Source: Eledone cirrhosa (taxonomy: Eukaryota). From it: a stretch of DNA of 64,000 bases. Below are positions 37,601 through 53,635 of this stretch, one piece after another. The position numbers and the translations under genes are program-made. The notes under the pieces are model-generated. The model saw nothing but the letters and a program-made list of their open reading frames with translations, searched no databases and was not told the origin of the DNA. The stretch lies in the NCBI GenBank assembly GCA_964016885.1, contig OZ024740.1:184264001-184328000 (forward strand), written 5' to 3'. Positions within the stretch are counted from its first letter, which is position 1, and every line of letters begins with the position of its first letter.

Positions 37601-38200
37601 ATATATTTATTGATAATAACAACAATTCAAAATTTCAGGTCCGTTTGGGAACAGAGTTCAAATTGACCAATGAAAATACAAAAAATGTTATGCAGTTAGG
37701 TGTGTGTATATACATGTAATTAACTTCGTACACATATTTGCATAAAGATATATGTTCACATGCATACGCATGCCAAAAAGATGTATGTAAATACAAAAAT
37801 TCAAGGCTAATGTTTCTGTAAGTTTATAATCTACAGATAAAATGCGTATAGACACATAAATATAAAATAAATGTATACACACATTCATATACTCACACAT
37901 ATTCGTACACTCACACACACACGCGCGTATATGCATAAATATACACATAACTACGAACATACATACACACACATACCCCCAGACACATATATATGTGTAT
38001 ATAGTATTATCATAAGCATATGGACATTAATGCACGCACATAAACACTGCCACACATATTTAGATCAGGATACAGAAATTAGGTGGGAGGGGGGGGAGAG
38101 GTCAGTATTCAACGGTGTCTGCAGACTGCCTATTTATAAATGTATCTATAAACTTAGAAATAAAAAGAAAAGAAAAAGAAAAAAGAAATATATCAAGAAA

Positions 38201-38233
<33 letters not shown>

Positions 38234-38652
38234 TACACACACACACACACACATATACATATACATATATATATATATACACATATATATACACATATAT
38301 ACACACATATATACACACACATATATATATACATATACATACACATACATATATATATATACAAACAAGTAAAATATAAAATATACATCGATATACATAC
38401 ATATAGACATATAAATAAATACACACGCATACACACACATACATAAACATACATATACATACACATATATACAAACACATACATACACATACATATACAT
38501 ACACATACCATATAAATACACATACACATACACACACGCATACATATAGAGACACATACATATACACATATAAATACATAGACACATACACACATAAACA
38601 CACATATATATATATATATATATATATTTTTACACACATATACACATACACG

Positions 38653-38717
<65 letters not shown>

Positions 38718-39877
38718 TCACAACACACAGACCTAATTAATATACATTTTAGAAATATATTTATAATTTGGTTTTAAATTTGGTCAACCTAAAAATTTAA
38801 TTTAATTGGCTTAAAAATAGTATCCTAATACAGATGGATTGCAGAGTGTCATGTAATCATAGAATGGGATAGGTTTTGGATGTATACCTAGTTAATATAT
38901 TCTTTACAATTTTTGAAAAAATATGTATATGTATGTATATATATGTATGTGTATATATGTATATATATGTGTATATATATGTATGTATATGTATATGTGT
39001 ATGTATTAATTTTAATTTCTGTTTACCTATAATTATATTCTACTATTGATAAAATACAATATCTGTTTTAATTATTATATACCTAATTAACATATACTAT
39101 AGAAATTAATATATAATTTTTAATTTAGTTAACCTATAATTTATATTCTACTACCGATGTAATACTTTATTTGTTGTTTCCCTATTACTAAATTCATTTC
39201 CCAATATTGATACCATAACGTTAATAATTTTAATTTAGTTATACTATAATTAATACTCTACTACTATTTAACTTCAAAATTCTGCTTCAAATATTATAAA
39301 CCTAAGTAATTTACACCTTAGAAATCAATATATTAACTATCTTTAGTTTAGTTAACCTATAATTAATGGTATACTTATATTGAAATGCATAGTTTTGCCT
39401 TCTTTCTTACATTTCCTAATACTGAAACTATGTAAACACATATTGTGATCTAAATGCAGATTAATATTCTATGTTTCTTGAAACATATATTTACTATAAT
39501 CCCCCTCCCCTACTATTATTATTTGTATTTGTAAGCGTGTATGTATGTATGTATATGTAGGTAGGTATGTATGTTTGGGTGTTTATATGTGAGTATAAAA
39601 ATACATATATGCGCATGCAAATAAGGGTGTATGATTGTGTGTATATATATATATATATATATATGTGTATGTATATATATATGTGTATATATGTGTATCT
39701 TTGTATCTATGTGGGTATATGTGTGTATGTACATGTATGCACATGTATATGTCTATGTGTATATGTGTGTATGTGTATATGTGTACGTATGTGCGCATAT
39801 ATATGTATGTCTATATATATATATATATTATTTATTATTATAATATATATATATATATGTATATATGAAAATATGTA

Positions 39878-39923
<46 letters not shown>

Positions 39924-40013
39924 TTGTAGTTGATGTGTGTATATGTATGTATATATATGTGTATGTGTATGTATGTGTATATATATGTATGTGTGTGTGT
40001 ATATGTGTGTGTG

Positions 40014-40060
<47 letters not shown>

Positions 40061-40344
40061 ATATGTATGTGTGTGCATATTTGTCTGACTGTGTGTATTA
40101 ATTTATATATTTTTTTATTTATCTTATTTCTTTATTTTTTTATATATATGTATGTGTATGTGTATGTATGTATGTATGTGTGTGCATATGTGTATATATA
40201 TGTATGTGTATATGTATATATATATATATATAAATATATATGTATATATATATATATATGTATGTGTGTGTTTGTGTGTGTGTATATATATATGTATGTG
40301 TGTATGTATGTGTATGTATGTGTGTTTATGTGTGTACGTGTGTG

Positions 40345-40376
<32 letters not shown>

Positions 40377-40632
40377 TGTATATGTATCTCTATTTATATG
40401 TGTATATATGTGTATGTATATACCTTTTTCTTTGTATGTCTGAGTTGTGTGAGCGTTTAGTGGTGTTTGTATGTATATACGCATATATGGATGTGTATGT
40501 ATTTGTATATATGCGTATATGTAAGTGCGTATGTGTGTGTGAATATATATCTATGTCTATGTATGAGTATGTATGTGTGTGTATGTATGTGTGGTTCTAT
40601 GTATGTATGTGTGTATGTGTGTATGTGTATAT

Positions 40633-40664
<32 letters not shown>

Positions 40665-40677
40665 GTATATATGTATG

Positions 40678-40712
<35 letters not shown>

Positions 40713-40804
40713 TATATGTGTGTGTGTGTGTGTATATATATCATTATATATGTGTATGTGTATGTATGTGTAGGTATGTGTGTATATGTGTATGTGTGTG
40801 TATG

Positions 40805-40839
<35 letters not shown>

Positions 40840-40948
40840 ATGTGTATGTGTGTGTATGTGTGTATATATATATATTTATATATATATATATATATTTATA
40901 TGTGGATATGTATGTGTATGTGTGTATATATATATACGTGTGTTGTGA

Positions 40949-41001
<53 letters not shown>

Positions 41002-41026
41002 CGTGTATGTGTATATGTGTGTAAAA

Positions 41027-41060
<34 letters not shown>

Positions 41061-41404
41061 TTATGTGTGTATGTGTCTATGTATTTATATGTGTATATGT
41101 ATGTGTCTCTATATGTATGCGTGTGTGTATGTGTATGTGTATTTATATGGTATGTGTATGTATATGTATGTGTATGTATGTGTTTGTATATATGTGTATG
41201 TATATGTATGTATATGTATGTGTGTGTATGCGTGTGTATTTATTTATATGTCTATATGTATGTATATCGATGTATATTTTATATTTTACTTGTTTGTATA
41301 TATATATATGTATGTGTATGTATATGTATATATATATGTGTGTGTATATATGTGTGTATATATGTGTATATATATGTGTATATATATATATATGTATATG
41401 TATA

Positions 41405-41445
<41 letters not shown>

Positions 41446-42042
41446 TTTCTTGATATATTTCTTTTTTCTTTTTCTTTTCTTTTTATTTCTAAGTTTATAG
41501 ATACATTTATAAATAGGCAGTCTGCAGACACCGTTGAATACTGACCTCTCCCCCCCTCCCACCTAATTTCTGTATCCTGATCTAAATATGTGTGGCAGTG
41601 TTTATGTGCGTGCATTAATGTCCATATGCTTATGATAATACTATATACACATATATATGTGTGTGGGGGTATGTGTGTGTATGTATGTTCGTAGTTATGT
41701 GTATGTTTATGCATATACGCGCGTGTGTGTGTGAGTGTACGAATATGTGTGAGTATATGAATGTATATACATTTATTTTATATTTGTGTGTCTATACGCA
41801 TTTTATCTGTAGATTATAAACTTACAGAGACATTAGCCTTGAATTTTTGTATTTACATACATCTTTTTGGCATGCGTATGCATGTGAACATATATCTTTA
41901 TGCAAATATGTGTACGAAGTTAATTACATGTATATACACACACCTAACTGCATAAATTTTTTTGTATTTTCATTGGTCAATTTGAACTCTGTTCCCAAAC
42001 GGACCTGAAATTTTGAATTGTTGTTATTATCAATAAATATAT

Positions 42043-42197
42043 TTCATTATTTCTGAAGACGGCATATATATGTGTTTGGTATGTATATTTAATTTTGATA
42101 GTTTGTATAATTTTGTATAATTTTGTACATAGATCTGTTGAATATGCATGCCAATTCTAACACATATATATCCTAGAAACGATCGTTAAATAATGAA
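42043..42197 (+). ncRNA. Type I hammerhead with 116-nt helix II domain (family C)
   Basis: 10-bp helix I UUCAUUAUUU/AAAUAAUGAA, CUGAAGA, GAAA-C-GAUC-G-UU; helix II AUAUAUAUGUGUU/AACACAUAUAUAU. Confidence 0.78.
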
Positions 42198-42391
42198 CTT
42201 TTTTTGTTTAATATAAGGAACTGTTTCATTGTTTTATTCATTATTTTTTTAATATTTTATCTTGACTCTGTATTCCGTTTATCTTTCACCGAATGTGATT
42301 TTTCATTGCATCTCTTCTTTCCATGATATCCGGATTACATTGAGTTCTTCATACGGATTGGACACTACCGTAAACTCTTGGTAGATTTATC

Positions 42392-42960
<569 letters not shown>

Positions 42961-43014
42961 ATATCCACTGTTTTGTATAGAACCTCACTTACCTTTTCTA
43001 ATATATCCATTTAT

Positions 43015-43460
43015 GAAGGCCGATGGCTTAGTGTTTAGAGCATTGAGCTTGCAATCGAAAGATTGTGAGTTCTATTCTTGGACTGGGTGATGTGTTGTTT
43101 CCTTGAGCAAGACAGTTTATTTCACATTGTTCCAGGTTACTGTGGTGTATTGAGATGATAGGACTGGTGTCCCTATCATTCCACTGAAAACTGGTCGTGG
43201 AGGTGCCACAGAAAAAAGCACCCAACCCACACAGTAAAGTGAACGTGTAGGCGCCACAGTAAAAATAGCACTCAACACTCACTGTAAAGAAGATTGGTGT
43301 TAGGAAGGGCATCCAGCTGTAGAAATCAAGCCATAATCAGTTCCTGTATGAGACAGACAAGGTTATCCGACCGGACACTGCCCACAACAGGACAACCCGT
43401 CTAACCCATGCTAGCGGAGGAAGAACGGACGTAAAACGGTGATGATGATGATGATGATGA
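43015..43460 (+). mobile_element. tRNA-derived SINE family 2 with (GAT)n tail; 3' fragments also at about 29130..29310 (-) and 62085..62250 (+)
   Basis: TGGCTTAGTG A-box, GAGTTCTATTC B-box-like, CCTTGAGCAAG, AGGAAGGGCATCCAGCTGTAGAAA, (GAT)n. Confidence 0.7.
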
Positions 43461-43641
43461 TACATATATACATATATATATATATATTGTTATACTTTGG
43501 GAGGGTCATGTTGCCAATAAGAAACACACGCACCAGTTGCTTTCACTTCAATTTATTATATATTTATAAATTTACAAATCTACAAACATATACATTTCTG
43601 GTTGGTTGGTTGGTTCCACAACCAGATAGTTGTTTATATAT

Positions 43642-43686
43642 AGTCATAGTCCTTTCGTCACACACTATGTGACCTCTTCAGTGACT
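43642..43686 (-). ncRNA. Minimal type I hammerhead (family D)
   Basis: AGUCA-CUGAAGA-GGUCACA...UGUGAC-GAAA-GGAC-UA-UGACU. Confidence 0.8.
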
Positions 43687-43850
43687 GGGGATTCCTTTCT
43701 TTGTTTCTGTGCCTTTCCTTTCTTCTATCCTACGCCATTTTGTTTCTGTGTGTGTGTTGTGTGCTCAGTTTGCGCATGCGCCACATCCGGGTGTCTGAAT
43801 GGCGTAGGATAGAAGAAAGGAAAGGCACAGAAACAAAGAAAGGAATCCCC

Positions 43851-43895
43851 AGTCACTGAAGAGGTCACATAGTGTGTGACGAAAGGACTATGACT
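43851..43895 (+). ncRNA. Minimal type I hammerhead (family D)
   Basis: AGUCA-CUGAAGA-GGUCACAUAGUGUGUGAC-GAAA-GGAC-UA-UGACU. Confidence 0.8.
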
Positions 43896-44107
43896 ATATA
43901 TAAACAACTATCTGTTTGTGGAACCAACCAACCAACCAGAAATGTATAAGTTTGTAGATTTGTAAATTTATAAATATATAATAAATTGAAGTGAAAGCAA
44001 CTGGTGCGTGTGTTTCTTATTGGTAACATGACCCTCCCAAAGTATAACAATATCGGTTTCAACACACGATTTCAGATAAAGAATCTTGCTAAACAAATTC
44101 AGAAACG

Positions 44108-44166
<59 letters not shown>

Positions 44167-44727
44167 TAGAGAGAGAGAGGGAGAGAGAGAGATAGATACA
44201 CTCACATATACACACACATTGATATATATACACTCTAAAGGGGTTGGTTATAAGATGGGTGTCAAGCTGTAGAAAGATTGCCAAAAAATAGTGTTGGAAG
44301 AATACTTTAGTAGTAATGATGACGTGACAATCTTTCTAGTGAGGGTGAACTACTTGATAAATGAATCCAGTACACACTGTGTTAAGTGGTTAGTTATTGG
44401 AATGGCGTCCAACCATGGAAAGCCAGATAGAGTCCGTTGGACTTTTCAGCTGTATGAAAGACATGACAACTACCCTAATGCTGGTGCCAAGATAAAATGC
44501 CTTCTGCTAAGCATGGGAACTTATGTAAATGAGATGTAATTCCGTGGCCCATCTGAGAGGTCAGTAAGTGTACTTTACTACAAACTTCTTCTATAAAGAC
44601 TCATCCAACACTTGCTTAGAGAGAAGACTGATTTTAAATTATGATCATATATACATGTTTTTGTTTTCTTTTTCTGAAAAGACAATTGGCAGTGACTTTG
44701 AAATTGTAGCTAGGTCATTCTCTGCTT

Positions 44728-45570
44728 CATCACCATCATCATCATTGTCGTCTTATGTCTATTTTGCTTGCATGGGCTGGACATGCCTTTTCCATCACAG
44801 CCAAGCTCTACTCATCGCAGTCCTTCCTCATCTCCACTGTGAACTTCAGTGATTTGAGATAAGTTCACACAACCTCTGCTCATGTCTCCCTTGGTGTCCC
44901 TCTGTTTTAGCTTTCTCCTACTGGGTTTTCTTGGTAATGTTTGCCCAATGATCATGATCAATATGCATCACATGGCCATATCAATACATTCTTCATGCTG
45001 CACACTCTATCTTATTCCACTTATAGCTAGCTTTTCTCCACCTCACCCATGAATTGTTGTTCATTCTATCTAACCTTTGCACATCCTCTGCTTTATTGCC
45101 CATGTCACGCATCCATGCAACATACAGCATCATACAGTTGAACTTTCTTTCATTCCTTCTATCATTCCTTCAGTGCAAATAACTCTACTGGTAATTATAT
45201 CACCAAAGTAGCAGAGGCTATCAACCATTTCTATGAATCCTGGAAATAGAACACGTTTATTTCACTGATGCACTTACTACCAAATATCCTTGCTGTGTAT
45301 CTGCCAAATACAAAGTTTTCCTTTTCTGTTACTCTTTCTGCTATTCCTCTACACTTCTTTTGTACCCAAGATTTACATTATGTACTTTGTATAAAATGTT
45401 TGCCTATTCCTTTTCTAATTACCAAAATGTTTGATTTTCCTACATTTTATGACTATTGTATTTTTCCAAACCCAGAATTTCTCCCGTTCTTTTCCAAGGA
45501 TAAGGCTATAGGAACCAGATCATCAGCAAACAAAGGTTCTCACAGACAACCTATATATAGAGACAGAATA
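44728..45570 (-). pseudogene. Decayed RTE-clade LINE 3' fragment with (GAT)n tail
   Basis: YGHVMHI-like motif near 44960; tail at 44728..44745. Confidence 0.5.
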
Positions 45571-46082
45571 CGGAAGTCACTGTATTTATTTTAGTGACTT
45601 AGGGCCATATTTCAGATGCTCCATGCAATAACAAGTGTGCAGTTGGGAGCTGGTCATTTCATTACAGAGTGAAAACAATTAGGTAAGGAATTTTACAGCA
45701 GTTATCAGGTATTTGTTACTCTGATCTATCTCCTGTATGGAATTCCCTTTTGTTGCAATTAGACACATATAATTGTTATTAGATTGTTGTATTGGAGGAT
45801 CGTTGTATCATAGGTAAATGTTTCATAATCCGAGCTAATTGCAACTCATCAGCAGAATGACCAATATATCAATCTCAGGATGTAGCTGATAAGTGAGCCC
45901 ACTATATATATGTGTGTGTATGTGTGTGTGCATGTGTGCAATTTTGGTAAGGGGAGAAATGCTCAATGTGCACTTAAGTTCTTCAGCAAGTAAGGAATTC
46001 AAAACAGTCGAAATAGTTTTCCAAAGGTTAAAGTTCTTGCTGTTGAGGAGGACAGTGAGGGTTATAGAGCAGAAATATTTAA

Positions 46083-46289
46083 CCCTTTAGTGTTCAAACC
46101 AGCCAAGACCGACCAGAATTTCCTATCTCTTTCTGTTGAAACTGGCTGTAACTGGTCGCTCAAACTGATGTTAAGGTATTGTTCTCAAAATAATTAATTT
46201 CAAAATCACATAGATTCCATATTATGTGAGATAAAGTCTTTACCATGAAAATATAATAGTATATATAAAACAATGTGAATGCTAAAGGG
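46083..46289. mobile_element. piggyBac-type MITE
   Basis: TTAA|CCCTTTAGTGTTCA ... TGAATGCTAAAGGG|TTAA. Confidence 0.75.
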
Positions 46290-46467
46290 TTAAAGAGAAG
46301 AGGATGAAGGTTTTTAAATTAAATCCAACATTAATCTACAGAATCTTTTCTATACAGGTGGTAAGCTTGCATGTATATGCAAACAACGAACCAATCAGTT
46401 TTAATTAATTCATGATTATTCACACAATATATAAACCACCTGCATATCATTAGGATTATGAGAGCTA

Positions 46468-47049
46468 TTGAATTTAAAAACACATATCAATAACATTAGC
46501 ATTAGCAATGTTGAATATAGGCAAACAATGAAAAAGCTAAAGCAACCATCAAACTCAATTATAGTTTTCCTGGAAATTAGCATTGTATTGATTTCTGCCC
46601 TAGTTAGTATAAATAGTAAAAACCTTGAGTTGAATATAAAACTTTTACATAGATTATTTAAGGAGTATAACCTAATAATAACTATAGACATTATAAATAG
46701 AGTAGTACACTTTCTAGAAGTAAATTTAAACCTTGAGTCTGAACTATACAATCCATTTCATAAACCAGGCAAACATCTGTTCTACATTAATAATAAGTCC
46801 AACCATTCAAAATCAATAACAAAATCTATTGTTTACGATGTATATAACCAAATCTCTCCCCTCTCTTCTAACCAGACTAGCTTCGACCAGAGCACTCAAT
46901 ATTACAAAGAAGCACTGCATAGATCTGGATATAATGATAGAATTGTGTATAACGATAACCCGTGTATGGTCAACAAAAATTCTTATAACATTATATCACA
47001 TCATATGACTCTACCTAAACCTAACTCGAGCAATACAAATCCACTTTAA
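46468..47049 (+). pseudogene. Penelope-like RT thumb-region remnant
   Basis: VHFLEVNLNL...YINNKSNHSKSITKSI...ISPLSSNQTSF...YKEALHRSGY. Confidence 0.65.
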
Positions 47050-47698
47050 CTGAACAATTGTAGACTATTCAATACGATAATGACAAAAACTAATAATCAG
47101 AGTGATATTCACAAACCGGGGGATAATAGAAGTAATACAGAACACAAAAATTATGTGAAAAACGGTAAAATAGGAATAACAGTACAAAGCAAATACATAC
47201 TTAAATGTCCTTTAAAATTGACACATCCAGAATCGACCTGACTCAAATGTGAAATCAAATTGTTATACATGTAATAGTTGACTGAAATTTAACAATAACT
47301 AACTCAGAACTAAACTAGGTAACACACAGCTGGGAAATATTTACTATACACACAGGAAATCCACTATATGGCTTAACGCTTATTTAGTATTCCAAAACCA
47401 CTTTTTGATATCCTAGTGTAAAATTACCCTCCAACCCACTATACGATACTCCAATATACTTAATTTAAGACTCAATGGAGGGTAACCCTCCATTGAATCT
47501 TAACTACTTTGAACACTTCTTGACAATATTATATCAATAAAATGTTAATAGCTCAATGTTAATGGCCATCTACATTTTATACTAAACATTAACCTAGTGA
47601 ATATCCATCTCCACTTCTTTTCTACTTATTTAATATATAATTACTTGTCAGCACACATTACAATCCACTATTTGATGTGTTTGATTATATAGGTATGC

Positions 47699-47824
<126 letters not shown>

Positions 47825-48669
47825 TTGTGGACAGGATCTAAAATTATTGGTTGCCAGGAGATGAAGGGGTCCACCTATATAGAGAATGCTATCATTTAAT
47901 TTAATTTTTATAATGAATAAATTATATTTTCGAAAACTACATAAGTGGAAACATAACAGTGCAATCAAATTTTTGCAGAAAAATATCTTACCTTCTCCAA
48001 TAAAACATATTATGTATTTTGCGAAACGCAGAGACTTTCAATAACGACCAGAAGTCGACCCTAAATATGACTAATAGTTCTAGGAACGGCCTGAACGACA
48101 CCACATCTTTTTAACTTTGATTTTGAAAGTAGATTTATAATTATCAATTTTCATTATACTTTTGTAACTGTCTCGGTGGCCTAGTGGGAAGAAGCATAGA
48201 CAGTGGTGATCCTTGTCTGAAGTTCGATTCTGGTTGAGAGTATGGTTCCCTGTGAAACTTTTCATTTTTTTTTCTATAGGCTGAAAAATAAAAACGGAAA
48301 TGGTTACATGTACCTCTTGACAAGGATTGAATCCAGCGTTTCTAGTACCTACCACTAGGCTACAGAGACAACTAAGAAAATCTAATGAAAATTCATACTT
48401 TCAAAATGTTTAAAACAAAATATTGTGGTGCCGTTCATGTCTCTTTTAATGTCGACTTCTAAATGATTTGGGTGTTCAATAAACTACATCCTCGTTTTGT
48501 TTTACATCTATCCAGACCGGTTTTTCTCAACGTGAACCCTTGCCCCACCCCCTCACCCACCCCTGATGGTCAGATGGACATGGGTTGGGGGGGCATATGA
48601 AATGTTGGGTGGCCATATTATATTAATGGAGCATTTGAAACAATATGGTGTATTCTTAATTTAGGGGAA

Positions 48670-49010
48670 AGTTCGGTGTAGGGTCGGACGCCATGCTTTC
48701 CAGCATACTTACGTCCCTTTACAGTCTGAGTTCAAATCCCGCCGAGGTTAACTTTGCCTTTCATCCTTACAAGGTCCTACTAAAATAAAGTACCAGTAAT
48801 GCACTGAGTAATTGATGGCCTTGTGCCAAAAGTAGAAACAATTATTAACGCATCGCATTTCACACATAATTGTTTCTACTTTTGTCACAAGCCATCAATT
48901 ACCCAGTACATTACTGGTACTTTATTTTATCGACCCCGTAAGCATGAAAGGCAAAGTTAACCTCGGCGGGATTTGAACTCAGATCGTAAAGGGACGTAAC
49001 TACGCTGGAA
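48670..49010. mobile_element. Two SINE family 1 copies tail-to-tail (48670..48846 +, 48866..49010 -)
   Basis: Both have the B-box and the CCTTGTG/AGTAGAAAC-type end; about 20-bp spacer. Confidence 0.8.
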
Positions 49011-49067
49011 TGATTGTCCATAACAGGAGAGACATTTAACATCTGATTGCTGAAAAGTATCTTACCT

Positions 49068-50616
49068 ATGGCATCATATACAAAGAAAGTACGCCAATAT
49101 AGCGACGATTATTTGAAGTTCGGTTTCATTGAGGCGCCTCATTATTCTCAATTGCCTATGTACCTTTTCTGTCATCAAACACTGAGCAAAGACTCCATGA
49201 GGCCTCGGAGACTCTTACAACACTTCAATTCGGGACATGGAAACAAGTCATCAAAGCCGCTATCATACATCCAAAATCTTCAAAATAAGTTGCTGCCAGT
49301 CTACACTATCTCAATGTTTTTCTAAAGTAGCTGAAAAGCAGGATAAATCATTAATAGCGAGCTACGAGCATTCGAAATTGAATACCAAGTGTGGAAAACC
49401 CCATTTCTGTGTTTTTACAAACTTTTATGAATCACATAGACGACTCAGTGGTCCAGCTTCTACCGCTCAGCAATTACATAGTACGGCGACAAATTGATGA
49501 GATGTCCATTGATGTGGAACAGCAGCTTCACAGATATAATCGAGAAAGACCTTTTTCCCGGCAGCGCGATGAGTCAACTTTTTGTGGAAGCCAGTCTGTA
49601 CTCCTGGCATATATCAGATTCCAAGACAATGATGCTTTTTTGTTGGGCTTTTGAAACTACAACGACAGCTTCCGATATATACCATCTTTTATACCACCAA
49701 GATTCCTATTGCATCCGTTACATCATGTGCAGCAGACTGCTCATCCGCAATGATGGGGAAACAATGGATTCCTTAAGCGACTTAAAGATGATAGCTCATC
49801 GATTTTAACAGTACACTGCGTCCTTCATCGGGAAAACTTGGCTTCCAGATGTCTTTCACCAGAATTACAGAAAGTAGTACATGCTGTTGTGTCGTGCGTA
49901 AATTTAAGCAAAGCAAATCCCAAGACTGATCGTCTTTTTCAGAAATTCTGCAATGACATCGACAAACAATATGTCAATCTTATCCTACATACTGATATCA
50001 GATGGTTGTCAAAGAGAAATTTTATCTGAGACTTCCCACACAAACTTCCTTCAAAGAGCTGACGGAAAGTTATTGGTCATTTATTTAGCTGACATTTTCC
50101 AAAAATTCAATTCATTGAACAAGGAACTGCAGGGGGACAAGGTGACTATGACGGTGGTGAAAACCAAAATATTAGACTTTATCGATAAGGTAAATCTCTT
50201 TTATTTGAATCTTTCTGCGGGTCGCTACGAAAACTTCCCACATATATCTACCTGCGGACCAGGTCCATCAGTGGTATCGAGCTCATTTGCTTGCTTTGGA
50301 GAAGGAGTTAACTCTAGATTTCATGACCTCCATCAAATGTATTTCAACGAATGGCTTTCGCAACCGTTTCTCACACATACGTCTGACGTTGATCGATGAT
50401 TACAAGATGAACTGGATGAGTTTTAAAAAATGATGATTTTGCTCAAAATCTTTCCCACTACATACATGGTTGAGAGTGGTTTCAGTGTAGCCAACGATTT
50501 CTTAATGAAACCGCCTTGAAATTGAAAATCGCGGAGATTTGAGTATGCAGTTAACAGAACTAAATCCGGATATAGCCAAGCTTGCATCCAGGCAACAAAG
50601 TCAACTGTCGCATTAA
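49068..50616 (+). pseudogene. hAT (Buster/Charlie-type) transposase, frameshifted
   Basis: RQYSDDYLKFGF and BED-finger remnant, DEST, HCVLHRENL, LILHTDIRWLS, YLADIFQKFNSLNKELQG, VESGFS. Confidence 0.85.
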
Positions 50617-50899
50617 GTTTGATGACAACTGGACTCGTTCGTCACTTTAATTTTCCATTTCAATTGATGTTTCGATGTTATCTTCAACTATATAAAAGCC
50701 AGTGCATATTCTGTACAAGGGCCGTTGCCTGTATTACATACTTTACTACTCCATAAGAGTCTTTTCATATAGCCGGTTACTTAAGGAAGTGCGTATATGT
50801 CTTTACAAGTAAAAAAAAGACCCTCAGCATTTCGATCCCAATTACAATCTGTTTACCACAATTACGCAGTTTTTAACGCATGTAATACATACCCTTTTC

Positions 50900-51664
50900 A
50901 AAGACCTCCCTGTATAGATAAGAAATGCATATAAATCCCATATTAACTGCAAAACTAGAAACATATTATATAGCATAAGATGTAATGAGGGACAATGTAA
51001 AGATAAGAATATAGTGTACATAGGTAAGACAGCTCGTAGTATAGGAGAACGATTAAATGAACAATGGCGACAGCTTCAAGATAGAAAAAAATCATCAGTA
51101 CTCCACCAACATGCTAAAATAGAACATAAGACCAATTAGAGAACATAGAAATAAAAATAAAATCTACACACAGGAAAGATGCAATGTTTAGACAAATCAC
51201 AATAAACATAAATGAACTCCAACCAAAATTAAATAGAAAACATGAATGGAATAGCAACATCACAACTTACAATTAAGGATAAAATGAAAACACACACACG
51301 TAGAACAAACGACCAACTAGTAACATGTAAATAAACAAATAAATAAACAAATAAAAACACACACAGACACCCGGATGTAACACATGCGCAAACTAAGCAC
51401 ACAACACACACTTAAAACAAGATGGCGTAGGACGGAACAAAGAAGAGGTACAAAACAAAGAAAAGAATCCCCTGTCACTGATGAGGTCACATAATGTGTG
51501 GCGAAAGAACTTTGACAATATATGAATAAACGTCCGGTTGTGGAACCAACCAACCAAACGGAAATTTATAAATTTCTTAAATTTATAATTTAATTTATAA
51601 TAAATTGGAGTGAAAGCAACTGGTGCGTGTGTTTCTTATTGGCAACATGACCCTCCCAAAGTAT

Positions 51665-51670
<6 letters not shown>
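50900..51670 (+). mobile_element. Penelope-like element 3' fragment: GIY-YIG endonuclease remnant plus hammerhead-bearing terminal repeat ending at (TA)n
   Basis: From 50945: NCKTRNILYSIRCNEGQCKDKNIVYIGKTARSIGERLNEQW...SVLHQH. Confidence 0.85.
51473..51517 (+). ncRNA. Minimal type I hammerhead (family D variant)
   Basis: UGUCA-CUGAUGA-GGUCACA...UGUGGC-GAAA-GAAC-UU-UGACA; helix I covaries with the 43.8-kb copies. Confidence 0.82.
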
Positions 51671-51731
<61 letters not shown>

Positions 51732-51943
51732 TTATTTGTTTTCTAAAATAATAAAATTAAATTAATTCAACAGTTAAACACACAAAGGAATAATCAGTTT
51801 GTTACCAAAGGTCCAGAACATTGACATGTCCACCCTAAATATTATTAATAGCTCTATGAAAGCCATGAACGCAACACATCTTTTTAACTTTGATTTTGAA
51901 ATTAGGTTTATAATTATCAATTTTCATTCTTACAATGATTGGC

Positions 51944-53366
<1,423 letters not shown>

Positions 53367-53368
<2 letters not shown>

Positions 53369-53635
53369 CATCATCAACCTCATTTTACGTTTGCTTTTCC
53401 CTGCTGGCAAGTGTGGGACGGGTTCCATTCAGCACAGCATCTCTCCACATGTCAAGGTCCTTCGTCATCTACTTCGTGAGCTTCAGCAATCTGAGGTCTG
53501 CTCTCACCACCTCCGACTATGTTTTTCGTGGTCTTCTTCTACTGCGTCTTCGTTCTACTGGGATTTCCTGGCACTTTTTTACCCAGTAGTCAACCTCCAT
53601 GCGCATCACATGTCCATACCATCGCAGTCTTCTCA
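53367..53635 (-). pseudogene. RTE-clade LINE 3' end with (GAT)n tail
   Basis: RRLRWYGHVMRM and RPRKT motifs. Confidence 0.7.

Larger units (their letters stand above)
37383..42260. repeat. About 1.33-kb inverted repeat (37383..38728 / 40938..42260) with 2.2-kb spacer; PLE-like fold-back
   Basis: Arms are reverse complements, including the unique stretches GTCAGTATTCAACGGTGTCTGCAG and CAGGTCCGTTTGGGAAC, with scattered substitutions. Confidence 0.92.
43486..44051. mobile_element. Inverted pair of Penelope-like terminal repeats (43486..43739 / 43798..44051)
   Basis: Near-perfect reverse complements; same family as the 3' end of the GIY-YIG element at 50900..51670. Confidence 0.88.
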
